A stretch of DNA of 64,000 nt from positions 4,931,708 through 4,995,707 of the forward strand of contig OZ316891.1 in the NCBI GenBank assembly GCA_973895155.1, read 5' to 3'. Position 1 is the stretch's first letter; each line of letters starts with the position of its first letter. A model generated the notes under the pieces. That model saw only the letters and a list, made by a program, of their open reading frames with translations, was not told the DNA's origin and did no database searches. Origin of the DNA: Marsupella aquatica. Taxonomy: Eukaryota > Plantae > Marchantiophyta. Shown one piece after another: positions 11,653 to 24,194 of this stretch. Made by a program: the position numbers and the translations under genes.

Positions 11653-14600
11653 ATGAGGTTTCCTAGGGCGCTCTGCCCGCTTATTTTATTGACGATCCTA
11701 GGCGCGACGTCTGTAGAAGGAGGAGGGGTAAGATTATGTGAACGGGATACTTTCCCTTCTAGAGTTTCGCAACTGTCGTCATGACAATTTGTTAGAAATC
11801 CTAGGGTATGGACCTTTACTATTGTCCAGATGTTGCCAAACAGGCTTGTGGTTTATGTGAGTCAGACTTTCAAGACACTTGCATCTTGAATCCTCGAACA
11901 ATATTGAAGTCATGCATTCTGATGAGGTGTGTTGTGAACAGCTATTGGCCGCATGCTCTACCGATGCAGATTGTGGAGTAGGCCTCTATTGTGCTAGTTG
12001 CGCCTTCGCAGGTGCTATAGCTCCCAGATGTATCAGAAATGATGCAACAGCGCTCATAAACGTACATTTAAACCAACCTTTTATTTCGGAATCAGCTGTT
12101 TTTGCATTCTCTCGCCGGAGTTTCCCCCTCATTTGTATCGGGTGTTGATATGGTTTTCACTTCTTAGATCAGGAGAGCTGCTTCGAATTGTCAAAGATGT
12201 CAATCAGATGGACACCTGTTAGGTGTTGCGGAGCCCTATCATCAGTTTCTATCTCGTTTGCTATCATCGGTTGCTATCTTCAAAATTGAGTGGACTGCTT
12301 GCGTGCAGATTACGGCTCTGCCATACAATAAAGTATCATGGCTTGCCACACACAATTCGTTTGCGATCGTCAATGCTCCGTTGTTAACTGGTGTACGTAT
12401 CACTTTCGAAAATCAGGAGGACACTGTTACTTCTCAGCTCAATGTACGTTCGTCATCCCAGTTCCTCAGTATCGCAAAAAAATATTTGGCCTCTCCGTCA
12501 TCTTCCCTTGTACACCATGAAGTTTAGGAGAAGGAAGCACCTGCCCCGTAGTCAACAGTCTTAGTTGTCCATTGATTGGACGTACCATAGGTCACAAAAT
12601 GTGAGGATTTCTGTATGAATATTTCATGTCGTTTTGTCGTCCTTGCTGAATAAGTTTCTGGCCACTAAATACGTAGGACAGAGCTCATAATTTCCGTTCC
12701 TCGTGATGCCAGTGGCAGATTTTCCAAACCTGAAAGTCTACAGGAGTTTCTTAAGATTTGTCGGTTGGCATGTTTCTCCTGTAGGATTCCTTAGCTCTAT
12801 TTCTTTTCGAGGCTTGTTGAAGAAATGAGCGCCTAAAGCGCCTAAATGGTCATTTGCCAGGCTACTTTCGCTTAAGTCAGGGGGAATCCTAGATGATAGC
12901 TCTAAATTTCAGTCTTCTCGGTTCGGGTTTTCTCACATCTTAAGCATTGTGTGTGATTTCCTTGCAGAATGGTGTGAGAGCGTTGCTGCTCGATACGTAC
13001 GACTTTCTGAATGATGTTTGGCTCTGCCACTCGTTTGGAGGTGTCTGTTATAACTACACAGCCTTCGTACGTAAAAACACCTCTTGCTTATGTTATTTTA
13101 GTCATCATTACTTTCCTTTTGAACTCAATCTCGTCAGTACTGATTGGATCTTCCTTTCAGATTATCTATCTGACCTGAGTAAAACCCCTTATATTTTGTG
13201 TATCCAGGAACCTCTGCTAAATACGTTGATTGAAGTCCACGCCTTCCTGGCTGCAAATCCTTCCGAAATTGTGACAATCATCTTCGAGGACTACGTAACG
13301 GCCCCAAATGGACTAACAAATGTCTTTAAAGCCGCAAATCTAACGCAGTATTGGTTTCCTGTGGCAAGCATGCCCGTGAATGGAGCTGCCTGGCCCACCA
13401 TTGGTACTATGGTCCAAAATAATTGGAGATTGGTCGTATTCACCTCCAAGCGATCTAAGCAAGCTACCGAGGGCATTGCATACCAATGGGCTTATATGAA
13501 CGAGAACCAATGTATGTAGCTTTGTTTTGGATGGAAATGTGAAAACTATTTTCAGACCCACTCTATCTGTGAATCTTGCGTCAAATTCTACATAGCCTCC
13601 AAGATTCACAGGAAATCTGGCCAAGTCATTCAGTCGGTTTTGGTGAGCTAAGATTGGGTCTACAATTTTGTGATAGGTTGCTGTGACCCATGTTGAACTT
13701 GCTTTCTTAGTCATCTGCAAGTCTGCCGGAAGCGACATATGGTTCGTTGAGGCTTTCCTGAATGTGACCTATGACAAATGAACGGGCTGTGAGTGGTGGA
13801 AATTGCTTGCTTTGAAAATTTTGGACCAGGTCTCGTAGATTATCTGCTTCTTTTGACGGTGTCAAACATTTTTGTCCTGCAGACGGCAATTTTGGAATCG
13901 TACCGGGCAGCTGCCCCAACCGAGCAGAATCTCAATTTATGAACAGCACAAGCGTTTCTCTCATCTTTCAGAACTTCTTTCGTGATGATCCCATTGTGCT
14001 TGAGTCTTGTAAAGATAACTCTGCCGATTTATACAACCAACTTTCTGTCTGCTATGCTGCTTCTGCTAATCGATGGGCCAACTTCATTGCGGTAGACTTC
14101 TACAAGGTGAGTGAGAATGACTCCGGCTTAAAAGCACTTTTACTCTTACTGCCACAACATATCAGTGATTTACCGCTTAGATGCCTGTGACATCTCCGAG
14201 GTCTGCCTATTTATTGTCTAAATTTCTCTCAAATGCAGCGAAGTACCGGCGGTGGATCTTTTCAAGCTGTCGATAAACTCAATGGTCAACTGGAGTGCGG
14301 CTGTAACAGCCCACTTTCATGCCAGGTTACTTCTCTTTCCCTGGCCTGGTAATGTCCATGTTGGTTAAGTCACGACCGACATCCCCAAGGACATGAATTT
14401 GATTCACTCGGTCTTTTTTGAATGTCTGTGTCTCACTATCTTGTACCGAAAACTCCGTCAAACCATAGGAACTACGCAATATAAACATGTTGGTCCACTG
14501 TGGACACTACCCTTCCTGTTTCCCTCATCTCTTCTTAGTGAGCAGCATTTCTTTCCTGAACTAGAATCTGAGCAATGGTTAAAAGGAAGGGAAGGAATGG

Positions 14601-15617
14601 CTACAAACAGCGACATACTTAACAACTACTTCAACTTGTGATTTCTGCTCAAACTAAGAGAGGGAACAAAGAGAGACAGAAGAAGTTTAACTTAAAACCA
14701 TTGAAGGACATGGGAGCGAACGCAGACAACGCCGTATATGCTGCTATGTCAAGTGATGTCCTCGTGCCATGCAATTGGCACGGCCTACAGATGTTGAAAG
14801 AGACTTCTTCCGCTCATGCCAAAGCACTAGCCAAGCACATACTATTCCCCTCTTATCTGAATGGAACCCTTCACTAACTTTGACTCTTGCAGACTCCAAC
14901 TTCACATAAACAATGCTCTGCTGATCCGTCCCCCTCTATGTGAATCTGAGAGATGAGACCAAGGGACTTTAGCCATTTCAAGCATGGCGGAGTAAGTTCG
15001 TTAATCAAAATGAATATTTATAACTCGCACTAAATCTCGTAGTTCATTCCTAGGCTTAGAACCTGACAACACCTAATCTCCCTCTTGAATCTCTTTCGAT
15101 TCTGCTTCCACAGTTCGGTCCGTTCCCTTTCCTCTGATCAGTGGTTCTATTCAATCATTAAGATTGTTCTAGACTCTCGATCAGAATGAACACATTTCCC
15201 TCATCCAAGCAATGTCTTAGTTTCAAGTGTATTGTTTGTCTTTTATGTTTATATGTTGCTTAGATTTGATGAAAAGTCATCTATCGTATGTGTTTCCAAC
15301 CTCCACCCATTTCAAGTTGTCCTTGGCTTGCGTGTGAAAGACTTTGTCTGCACCACTAATTTGTTATGTGATCCTGGCAGAGTCAAACGACACCTGGGGT
15401 GTGCCCCAATGATCCGAGCCTGGCAGAGTACTCTTCAACATTCGTGCCTTTGGGTAGCCAAGGCAGGAGCAGTACCACTAAAAGGAATGCGAGTTCTGGG
15501 TCATCGCCGGCTCCCTCTGCCGCAGCCCACTGCAAAATACCTGGGAGGACATCTCTCGGGCTTGTGGTTGTACTTGCCCTGTTTCTAATTTCGTGGGTAG
15601 ACCATCTACCTCTGTGA
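11653..15617 (+). CDS. PI-PLC X domain-containing protein (PLC-like phosphodiesterase, At5g67130-like) with signal peptide and C-terminal GPI-type signal
   Basis: GT-AG exons 11653-11727, 11942-12061, 12309-12443, 12968-13066, 13208-13511, 13883-14106, 14239-14325, 15381-15617, in frame. Motifs: LPYNKVSWLATHNSFA, NQEDTVTSQLNNGVRALLLDTYDF, WLCHS, EIVTIIFEDY, RWANFIAVDFYK. Hydrophobic N- and C-termini. Confidence 0.92.
14893..14943 (+). CDS. Putative alternative terminal exon of the PLC-like gene (TPTSHKQCSADPSPSM*)
   Basis: CTAAC branch point, pyrimidine tract and TTGCAG acceptor at 14892; phase 0; C-x-x-DPS sits at the same offset as in the 15381 exon. Confidence 0.55.
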   Translation, partial: TPTSHKQCSADPSPSM

Positions 15618-18239
15618 ATCTGTTTGTACAATATTTTGGTCCTTAAGGACTTTCTCGATAACAACTCCATAACTGGCTCGCCACCCCTGCTGAGGAAAAC
15701 CATTAATTCCCATTCTGCAGCAGAAAGGGGTGACCAGCCCATTGTTTGCCAGCCCCTCGCCATCACGTTTCAGGGATTTGCTGCTGCTATAGACAAGAGG
15801 GAACTTGCTCATGCTGGTACACTCGATCTTCGTGCCAGTTTCCTGACTGCAATTCGCTGTCGCCTCGACCGACTGGTCAATCTGATGGGCGCCTCATTTT
15901 TTCACGTCCGAAAAACGGATGTCTTTAACCAATTTGATATTCACATTCAAGGTCATCTCATACTACTGATTGTATCCAGGCCGAATAAGTACAATTATTA
16001 CAGGATAGTTTATCTGGATAGTTCAAGGGATGCATCTGGACACAGCGATTAATAAACAATACGACATTTCTTGGTGTGGCTTCTTATCTTCAACCTGAAC
16101 CTGTTCACAGTGGCCTAAGAGACGTTCTTCCTATGTGCCGGCGACGAAAACCTGGATTCTGTTTTCGCGTATTGCCTTCAACGGTGGGTACCAGCTGGAG
16201 AATATTAAGACTACTTCTTAACTTGTATTCATTGCGTCCAACAGTAAGCGTCAAGTGCTGTACATTACTTTCCAGTGTTCAAGTTGCAGATTGAAGCTGC
16301 TCGAGAGCTCGCTCGTCATACATCCTCCCCTCTGAACAAAAGCAGTATGGAGAAGCTTTCCAGTACGAAAACTCTTGAGAAAGGACTTGTTGAATTGCCT
16401 GCTGTTGCAATTTGTGATCTCTCTGGAGGTGCGTGTCAAAGCCCTGGGACATGGTTCTCGACTTCCCAGAACTTACACGATCATGTGACCCATCTGTATC
16501 AAGAAGCTTCTGAAATGCTTGTTGAACAAGGCTGGAAAAGTGGCACTGTCCTTGTGGGGATTGAAACTCGCCTTTCACTTGCTGACAACATCGAAAGCTT
16601 CAACACTTCCATTAGTGAGATCGCAAATGGTGCAGGGCCATTAATAAGGCACAATAATGTATGCAGTAATGTTCTGTTTGTAGGGCATTGTGGAATATAA
16701 TGCCCAGAAGAACAAGAGCTTAAGTTCAGGTTTTTAAAGAGCTATTGTTGCCCATGATGTATTGGAAACTGGACCTTAATACACTCAGCAGGCCAATTTT
16801 ATTTTATTGATTTTAGTAAAAGTAGAGGAGAATTTTCCTAAAGAGGTGATCAAAATCTTGACCTGATTAAGATGGTCAAAGAGTTCCCTGTCCCCCTTAG
16901 TTGTCCAAAGGGAGTGCTTCATTGACAGGTAGATGAAGAAGGCTTCAAGATTTTCTCGCACTTTCAGGTATCAATAATCTCCTTGGGTAGTGTCCTGACC
17001 AAAGAACAAGCAAAAAACAATTATGTTGTGAGACTATCCTTCAACTAAGACACATCTGTTCGAAGCCTTTGTTTGTAAGAATGCAAACTTTGAGTCCCTT
17101 TATGATGGCCCCCCAGGTTATTAGGCAATAAAGGAAGAGTAAAATGAGCCAGTTCAGATAAGCCACAGTTACTCTATAGAATCTAATCCTGACAAGGCAC
17201 ATATAAGTTGCCTCTAGAGGAAAAGGAGCAGCAGCTGGAAAAGCAAACAAGCTCATCTGGGCCCAGAGTAAACAGAGATGAGCTTGTTTTACTTAATGCC
17301 TTGACATTTACTCTTTGTAAATCTCAGTGCTTTATGGAGAAGAATTCACATCATCACAAAAATCATTTTGGGTTAATTTGATGTTTATTTAATCTAGAAT
17401 AGATTAGTGCAAATTTCTACATCTGTTTGTTGTCATTTCTATGACACCCAATCAATAATGTTCACCTTAAATATTGGATATGCAATCTCACTGACATTAA
17501 AGATGTACACATCTAATGAAAAATGGAGGTCAATATCCAAAATGCTTGTCACTTTCATATACATTTCTTACACTAACAAATCTGGATATTAAATGGTTAT
17601 ACAACTCACTATCGTGATGAGTCCAGGTCTTGATAAGGGTACTATGAAACTTCTCCTCTACTTTTACTAGAAAAAGTGAAAATAAAACTCTTAATTTTGT
17701 GTGTTGCTTGCAATAATAGCCTCTGTTTTGGGGGCGTTATGGCCCATAAGCCTGTTACCAATGTACTCCAATCAGTTAATTATATAAGCATTGCTCTCTC
17801 AAAGCCAATTTGCATGTGCTCTGCCCTGAAGGTTTTTGGTCCTAAAAGTGGATTGTGGCAGCTTAGTAGTAGTCAGAAGATGTGTGAGTGCTGACAATTG
17901 TGTAAGGGCTGCAAATTTACCATGCCTACAAACTCAAACTCATATTTGACAGTCTGGGCCAGACCCAAGTGCCATATATTGCATATGGATGGTTTGGGTC
18001 AAGAAAGCTGCCAGGTACTACTTGAGTCATAGGGCCACTTGCACCACATATAGTTTTCACTCCTCTCAAATGAGTTCATTGGCCCTTCAGACTCTTGGGC
18101 TTTTGGGTCATCCTCGTTCTTTCTGTCCTTCTCCTCACTTCTTTGGGTTTTTGGCCTCCCAGAAAGGTTTAGGGTCTCCCAGAAAGGTGCTTCTTGTTCG
18201 TTTGCAGTGGTATATATAAGAAGAGGGGGTCAGTTAGCT

Positions 18240-19215
18240 TACAAACAATGGAGTCACTTACACCACAGTTAGCTCTCACTCCTCTCAAGTTAAAAGGGTC
18301 AGTTCGGTTATAAACCATCAGTCCAGCTCTTCAAAGCAATCCTTCAATCCGTCCATCAGGTATAAATAGTGCCCTCTCACTCTTCTTAGATTAAAGTTAA
18401 GCCACTCTTTGTTGGCTTACAAACAAAGAGTTTCCTGCACCACAGATAGCTCTCACTCCTCTCAAGTCAAAAGGGGCATCTCAGTTATAAACCATAAGTC
18501 CAGCTCTTCGTACCAATCCTCCAATCCTTCCATTGTATAAAGAGTGCCCTCTCACAAGTCGCAAATTAAAAGGGTCGGTTGGCTATGTATGCCACGCGCA
18601 CCACAGTGTGTGTGCTGTATGGACAATCTAGACATATGGCCGACAGAATTTGTTTCCTCACAATAGGGTTGGCACTACGGTGCCGACCCTTCCAAAGACT
18701 AAATTTGCACTAGTAATTGGTATGATGTTTCTTCCAGTGATTCCTCCTCACCGTCTCGATACTGTGTGAATACTCTTCCAAATACTAGATTTGTACTAGT
18801 AATTGGTATGATGTTTCTTCAAGTGATGCCTCAAAGTCTCGATACTGTGTGACTTTAATCGCCCATGTTGATGAATTCTAGGGGCCCTACCAGGTTGAAG
18901 CGTGTACCCGATTCCCTCCTTGAACTTTGTGTGTGTCTCGCGTTTCCTCGCCTATATGAATAAGAAAGATTAGCCTGGAAAGCAATTTGTAGGAGCTCTA
19001 GTCATTCAATCAAGCTCTTCAACTCGTTGAGGTCATTGGCAAAGCGCAAGATTTTAAATACAGCTTGATTCACTTCCGGAGCGCCTCCCTGTCATTCAGT
19101 CTGTTCCACAAAGTTGCAATAGTCAATCTAGCACTCCAATTCGTTGAGGTTATCGGCAAAGCGCAAGTTTTTGAGTACAGATTGATTCATTTCCGGAGCA
19201 CCTTTCTGTCATTCT
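18240..19215. repeat. Three successive local duplications (~179, ~87 and ~120 bp period) upstream of the DUF2064 gene
   Basis: 18240-18380 matches 18418-18555; 18708-18770 matches 18795-18850; 19020-19095 matches 19140-19215. Confidence 0.75.
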
Positions 19216-19388
19216 GTCGTTCAGTTTTTATAGGAGCAGTGTCTTGATTCTTCGGAGATTCCCAAAGAGCCCGTTTCTCGTTTCGTGACTATATTGTTCT
19301 GTATTTTCTGATGCCAAGCTATAAGTGAGCAGAGGTTTGCAACCAGAAAAATCTCTATTTTCGCTGAGATGCTTCTCGTTTTCTCAAG

Positions 19389-21558
19389 ATGAAGGCATTG
19401 GTGGTACTAGCGCGCTTGCCCTTCACGGCGAGGGTGAAGCCTAGGTTAGCAGCAAAAATTACCAGTTCTTTGGCCCTCCAATTCTACAGAGCTTGTGCTG
19501 AGCACACGGTTGTTGAATCCGCTAGGTTTGTCACTCCCCTTTAGCCAGCTTGCTCGTCAATGACTTTTCTGTTACACAGATTTCTCGCCGTTTCTCTTTC
19601 ACTCCGTTTTCTTTGTGTACTGTAGATGCGAAGGTGTAGTGCGTTACTTGTACTATTCGGACGGATCTCGTCAACAAGCTGAAGAATGGATGACGAACAT
19701 TCGGCAGGAATCCGTTCAATTGCGACCTCAGGTAATGAATTCTACCCACAGCAATTCCTGACCTAGAAGCATTATAGATTTGGAAGAATTTAGAGTTGAG
19801 GACCAATTTTTGTGAGTTCTATCCAACAAAGTCAGTTCAGTCTCTGAAGCTTGGGTATCTGTGGGAAAGCAGTGAGCACCTCGTGCCCAGGTCCCTAGCT
19901 CAAACCTGATTGATGGGCTTCGTGTTGTGAGCATAAGCGTTTAAGCAGTGTCATGGTTTGTGAAGTATGCATTCGTAGAAGCCACAAACCCTTGACAAGA
20001 TTGTGTGTACTCTAAAGTATTTACTATTAACGATGTTACTCGTGCAGGCAACCTGGACAGATGCAGGAGGCCGGATGCGTGATGCATTTCAAACTGTCTT
20101 CGCTACCGGCGCTGCTATGGTAAAGTAGTTGTTGCTGTATGTGGAAGAAATGCAGCAAATTGACTGCTGAGTTCTTTGTGACTAATGTTCACATTGCCAG
20201 AGTGTCCAAAGCACCTGCTTCGGTTAGGATGCTAATTGACCAATACCATTTGCCGGATTGCAGGTGGTTTTAATTACGTCGGATGTGCCGGACATGGAAG
20301 CAAGTATCATATCCAGCGCCTTTGCAGCTTTGGAATCCAGCGATGTACCGTTTGTCTTCCCTCTTCTATCACTTTGTCAGCATACTTGTCTGTATCATTT
20401 GGGCCTCGTTGTGATAGTGTCTGTAAATCTCTGGGACGTCTTACCGACGTCTCTCGACTGCTTGAATGGGCTTTGCTAAAGTGGTCCAGCCTGGCCCAGA
20501 TTCAAGTCCAGTTTCAAAACCATACGTATGGGCTTTTTTAGGTTTATGCTCATAGGAAAATTCACTAGAACATTAACTTATCTAGATGTAGTCACGCGCA
20601 ATTTGGTTCTTCTTCACTGCTTTGGAGTTGGTGACTTTTCCCTTGATCTGTTTAACTGTCAAAATCAGAACTGTTCTTCGTATGGCCTCAATAAAACGAC
20701 GAGTCACTCGTTGCTTGTAGGTCTTCTCCTGCTAGACATGTAGTAAAAAGCATGAGCACTCCGGGATTTGGTATTGTCACTGTATGATGTGAGGAACATC
20801 TTGAAGTGCAAATTGCTATTTCTAATCCTGTCCTGAATTGATCAAAAACTCCCAACATTTGTTACAATCTGGAGTCTGAGCTTATAGTAAAGAGAATTGT
20901 GGAGGGTGTATCTATGTGGCAGTCATCACTCAGTGAGTGCATTTGACAGGTAGTTTTCGGTCCAACTTACGATGGAGGCTACTACTTGATTGGCCTTAGA
21001 TCACACCGGCCATCCCTGTTTGAGGTATGAAATATGACCAAACCTTGCGTTCATGCTGTCCAGATCTCCTTAAGCATACTCAGCTATACTATTACGTTGT
21101 AGATAGGCTGATCAAAGCTCCCTCGATGTTCTTGAGCATACTCAGCTATGCTTTCAGTCCTTTGTGTCTCTTGCAGCGGAAGATATCGAAACTGGCGTCA
21201 AGGAATTACACAAATGAACTTCTGCTCTATCTGCTACGTAGTATTTCGTAGCATCCCTTTGGGTCTCCTGCTGAATCTATTGCCTACCCTGGAATGTCTG
21301 CAGGGAATCGCTTGGGGTACTAACAAGGTACTCCAGATGTCCCTAGACAGAGCTGAGACTTTGGGCCTGACTGTGGCACCATTGGCATCGGATCCGCTAC
21401 TGTATGATATTGACACTCTTGACAGCTTGGTCCATTGGGTGAAACTGCCATCTAGCAAAAGCAACCCCCACTATGGGCTCTCAATTAGAATACTTGATGA
21501 ACACCAGAGTTTGGTAGAGGCGCTCTCTGAGACAGGTTATACTCTAGTTACCCCTTAG
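19389..21558 (+). CDS. DUF2064 / TIGR04282-family glycosyltransferase-like protein (CofC-like nucleotide-diphospho-sugar transferase fold), ~241 aa
   Basis: Exons 19389-19525, 19626-19731, 20048-20119, 20264-20344, 20950-21024, 21304-21558, all GT-AG and in frame. Motifs: LVVLARLP...VKPRLA, RPQ...GGRMRDAF, VVLITSDVPD, VVFGPTYDGGYYLIGL, FEGIAWGT, LYDIDT. Confidence 0.88.
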
Positions 21559-22199
21559 TTTGCAAATTGCGTTAATTATGTCAATTTGCACATAATTGAT
21601 AACTTCGTACCAGCATTTGTTCATAATCCATGGACTGTAAAATCAATTTAATGTTTTCAATATCGTGATTGTCATTCGTTGTCGAGCTCATGAGTATGCT
21701 GACTTTGCAGCAAATTTTGGTCTCAAAGCGTTTGTGTGCACTTCCGGCCGAATTCACCTTTTGCTACTAGCAGCTCGACAACAAAGTAAGGAATTTCAAG
21801 TTTAATCAACACGGCCCGATTTCTCGAATATGTGCCCAACAAATGTCGGATGACATAAATATATATATGTATATATCAATATCGAATTTGCTTTCGAGAC
21901 CAAAACAAACATCTGACTTGCACAACCCTACACCAATTCTGCTTCAGAGCCAATCATGTCTGGGTCGCTAGCTCAGCAGCGGACGACTAGTTCAACATTT
22001 TACCCCCAGTGAAACAGATGTTTTCCTTTCTATGCTGTGTACCCCAAACTTGCTCATGAAAACCTCTATGGTCGTTTGCTTCCTACACTGACTGGTCATT
22101 CGGTTCTTGGTGGGTTTTCCATCTGAGCTCTTGTTAATTTCTTTCAGTTGGTCTGCATAAATTCTTAAGTGAAAGTGTGTTTTGGGGGTAGTATTCAAC

Positions 22200-23493
22200 C
22201 GTACCAATAATAGTGTCTCTCCTGTTGACAAAGGCACATATCGATTTAGTGATAGATGTTAATGATCGATTAACATCTATTGGAGTCAGATACAGGGGAA
22301 GCTATGATAAACTAGGACTCAGCAGCACAAAGTTAATTATTGCCTGTGGCGTATTGCAGATGCTAGTGCCATCTCTGGAATTGCTGTAGTACGTTTGTTG
22401 ACAGAATGCGTCACTTTATTTATTTTGTTTCGCATGGACCAGTTTACTTATGAGAAAAGCTGCCAATTTTATAATATGCCAGTTATGACCCACCAAAGAT
22501 CGACCTATGGGATGTATTGACCCGTATTAGTGGAGTTCCCCTTCAGTTCTGTATAGGCAACAGGCTCTTAATGGCAATTGTGCTAAATATCGGTTCCTCT
22601 ACTTGCCAATTGCCAAAAGACCTGGCGTCCTGGCTTCTCTGGTAGAAAGAATCTCAACTGTCTTTGCGTCAAATGGAAGTTATACGTTCTTAAATGCACA
22701 ACAGAAGCCTGGGTTGGGTCATTGGTTCCGTACTGTCGCTAATGATAACATTGTTGGTAGTATTCACATCAAAAGACTTGATGGAGCCCCTCCAGGTAAA
22801 GATATCCCTGACGAGCCCCTCACTTTTCAAATATACTTCCTGGGGCCCCTTGGCACCTGCAGCCCTTCTTCATGACCTGTGTGACCCTTTTTCAATTCTA
22901 ACATCTTACGTACAGCTATATATGTCAGCCAATGAGTGTACTCTTTGGAAGTATTTTTGTTTGAAAATACTAACATATAATACATATGTAGTACTTAGAC
23001 CCTGTCACTCCCCTATTCATTTTACCCTTATTTTGAAGTACTTTTGCACAGAAAGTACGCCAAACACTTTGCATCAATCATCCTTGGTATAAACATTTGG
23101 GCTTTGTTTCAATGATGTAACCTAACTCACTATGGTCAGGTACAAACTCCCAATCACACAAAGGAATACCTTGTGTCAATTTCAAATGACACCGAGTACC
23201 CGGAGTTCACAAATATCTTGTGTCAATTTCAATTTACACCAAGTACCAGGAGTTCACAAATATCTTGTGTCAATTTCAATTTACACCGAGTACCAGGAGT
23301 TCACGAATATCTTGTGTCAATTTCAATTTACACCGGAGTTCACGAATATCTTGTGTCAATTTCAATTTACACCGAGTACCCAGAGTTCACGTGTACATGC
23401 ATGGAACTTCAAGAGATGAGATGGCCTTGTGAGCACATTATGGCTTGGGATGATATAGATGGACGAGACTTTACCCTGCACTTCCATAGGTAA
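22200..23493 (+). mobile_element. MULE (Mutator-like) transposase-derived relic with SWIM zinc finger
   Basis: Putative exon 23140-23489 encodes EYLVS...CTCMELQEMRWPCEH (SWIM, C-x-C-x8-C-x-H). Upstream degenerate FSDR (~22246) and YCLWRI (~22338) resemble MULE SDR and CxxH motifs. Boundaries uncertain. Confidence 0.55.
23170..23390. repeat. 47-bp tandem repeat, 5 units (one shortened to 39 bp)
   Basis: CTTGTGTCAATTTCAATTTACACCGAGTACCAGGAGTTCACAAATAT units start at 23170, 23217, 23264, 23311 and 23350. Confidence 0.95.
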
Positions 23494-24008
23494 TACTTCA
23501 ATTTTTTAACTAGATGAATGCTGTTAATTTTCAGTGTACTCTTTGTTTGCCTTCATAGCTCCTTTGTAGGTTACTTTTTTGTCTTTGTTCCTTTGTCGGC
23601 TGGGGGAATGCCACATTGCCAGTTTTCTCTTCTAGTTGCAAGTGGGGGCAGGAAATTGGGGAAGAAAACCTGACCCAGACTGCAATTCCGCAATTGACTC
23701 TATTATTGGAGTAGGCTTGTTTGTTTCGTTTGGTGGGAGCCCACAATGCCGATGCTATTTTCTCTAATAATTGTAGTGGGTTTGTTTGTGTCTTTGGTAG
23801 GAGCCCACAATATCGTGGCTGTCTTTGCGAGTTATTAGTGGGACCAGTTTTCTGGGGAACAGATTGTCCTGTACGAATCACAGTCCCACGGAGTGCAAGT
23901 CCAAATCCGTGCGAATTGGCCGCCGGACGGCGAATACGAAAAGCCGTGAGTAGTATAGGACTGTGGTTTGACTGTATGAAGATGACCCAACGAACTCCTC
24001 AATTCCTC

Positions 24009-24194
24009 AAACAAGAAAATATTGCTGTACAGGCTGGTGCAATGGCACTAGCAGGACCGTCCTCAACGAGCCGTCCCAAGTCATAAATTTGGCCTGGCCC
24101 TAAAACAAGAAAATATTGCTGTACAGGCTGGTGCAATGGCACTAGCAGGACCGTCCTCAACGAGCCGTCCCAAGTCATAAATTTGGCCTGGCCC
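24009..24194. repeat. Exact 92-bp tandem duplication separated by TA
   Basis: 24009-24100 equals 24103-24194 (AAACAAGAAAATATTGCTG...GGCCTGGCCC). Confidence 0.92.

Noticed and set aside
23170-23390. CRISPR-like appearance of the 47-bp array (also the arrays at 27.6-28.5 kb and 42.1-42.6 kb)
   Set aside because: Units are contiguous with no unique spacers, there are no cas genes and the context is eukaryotic.
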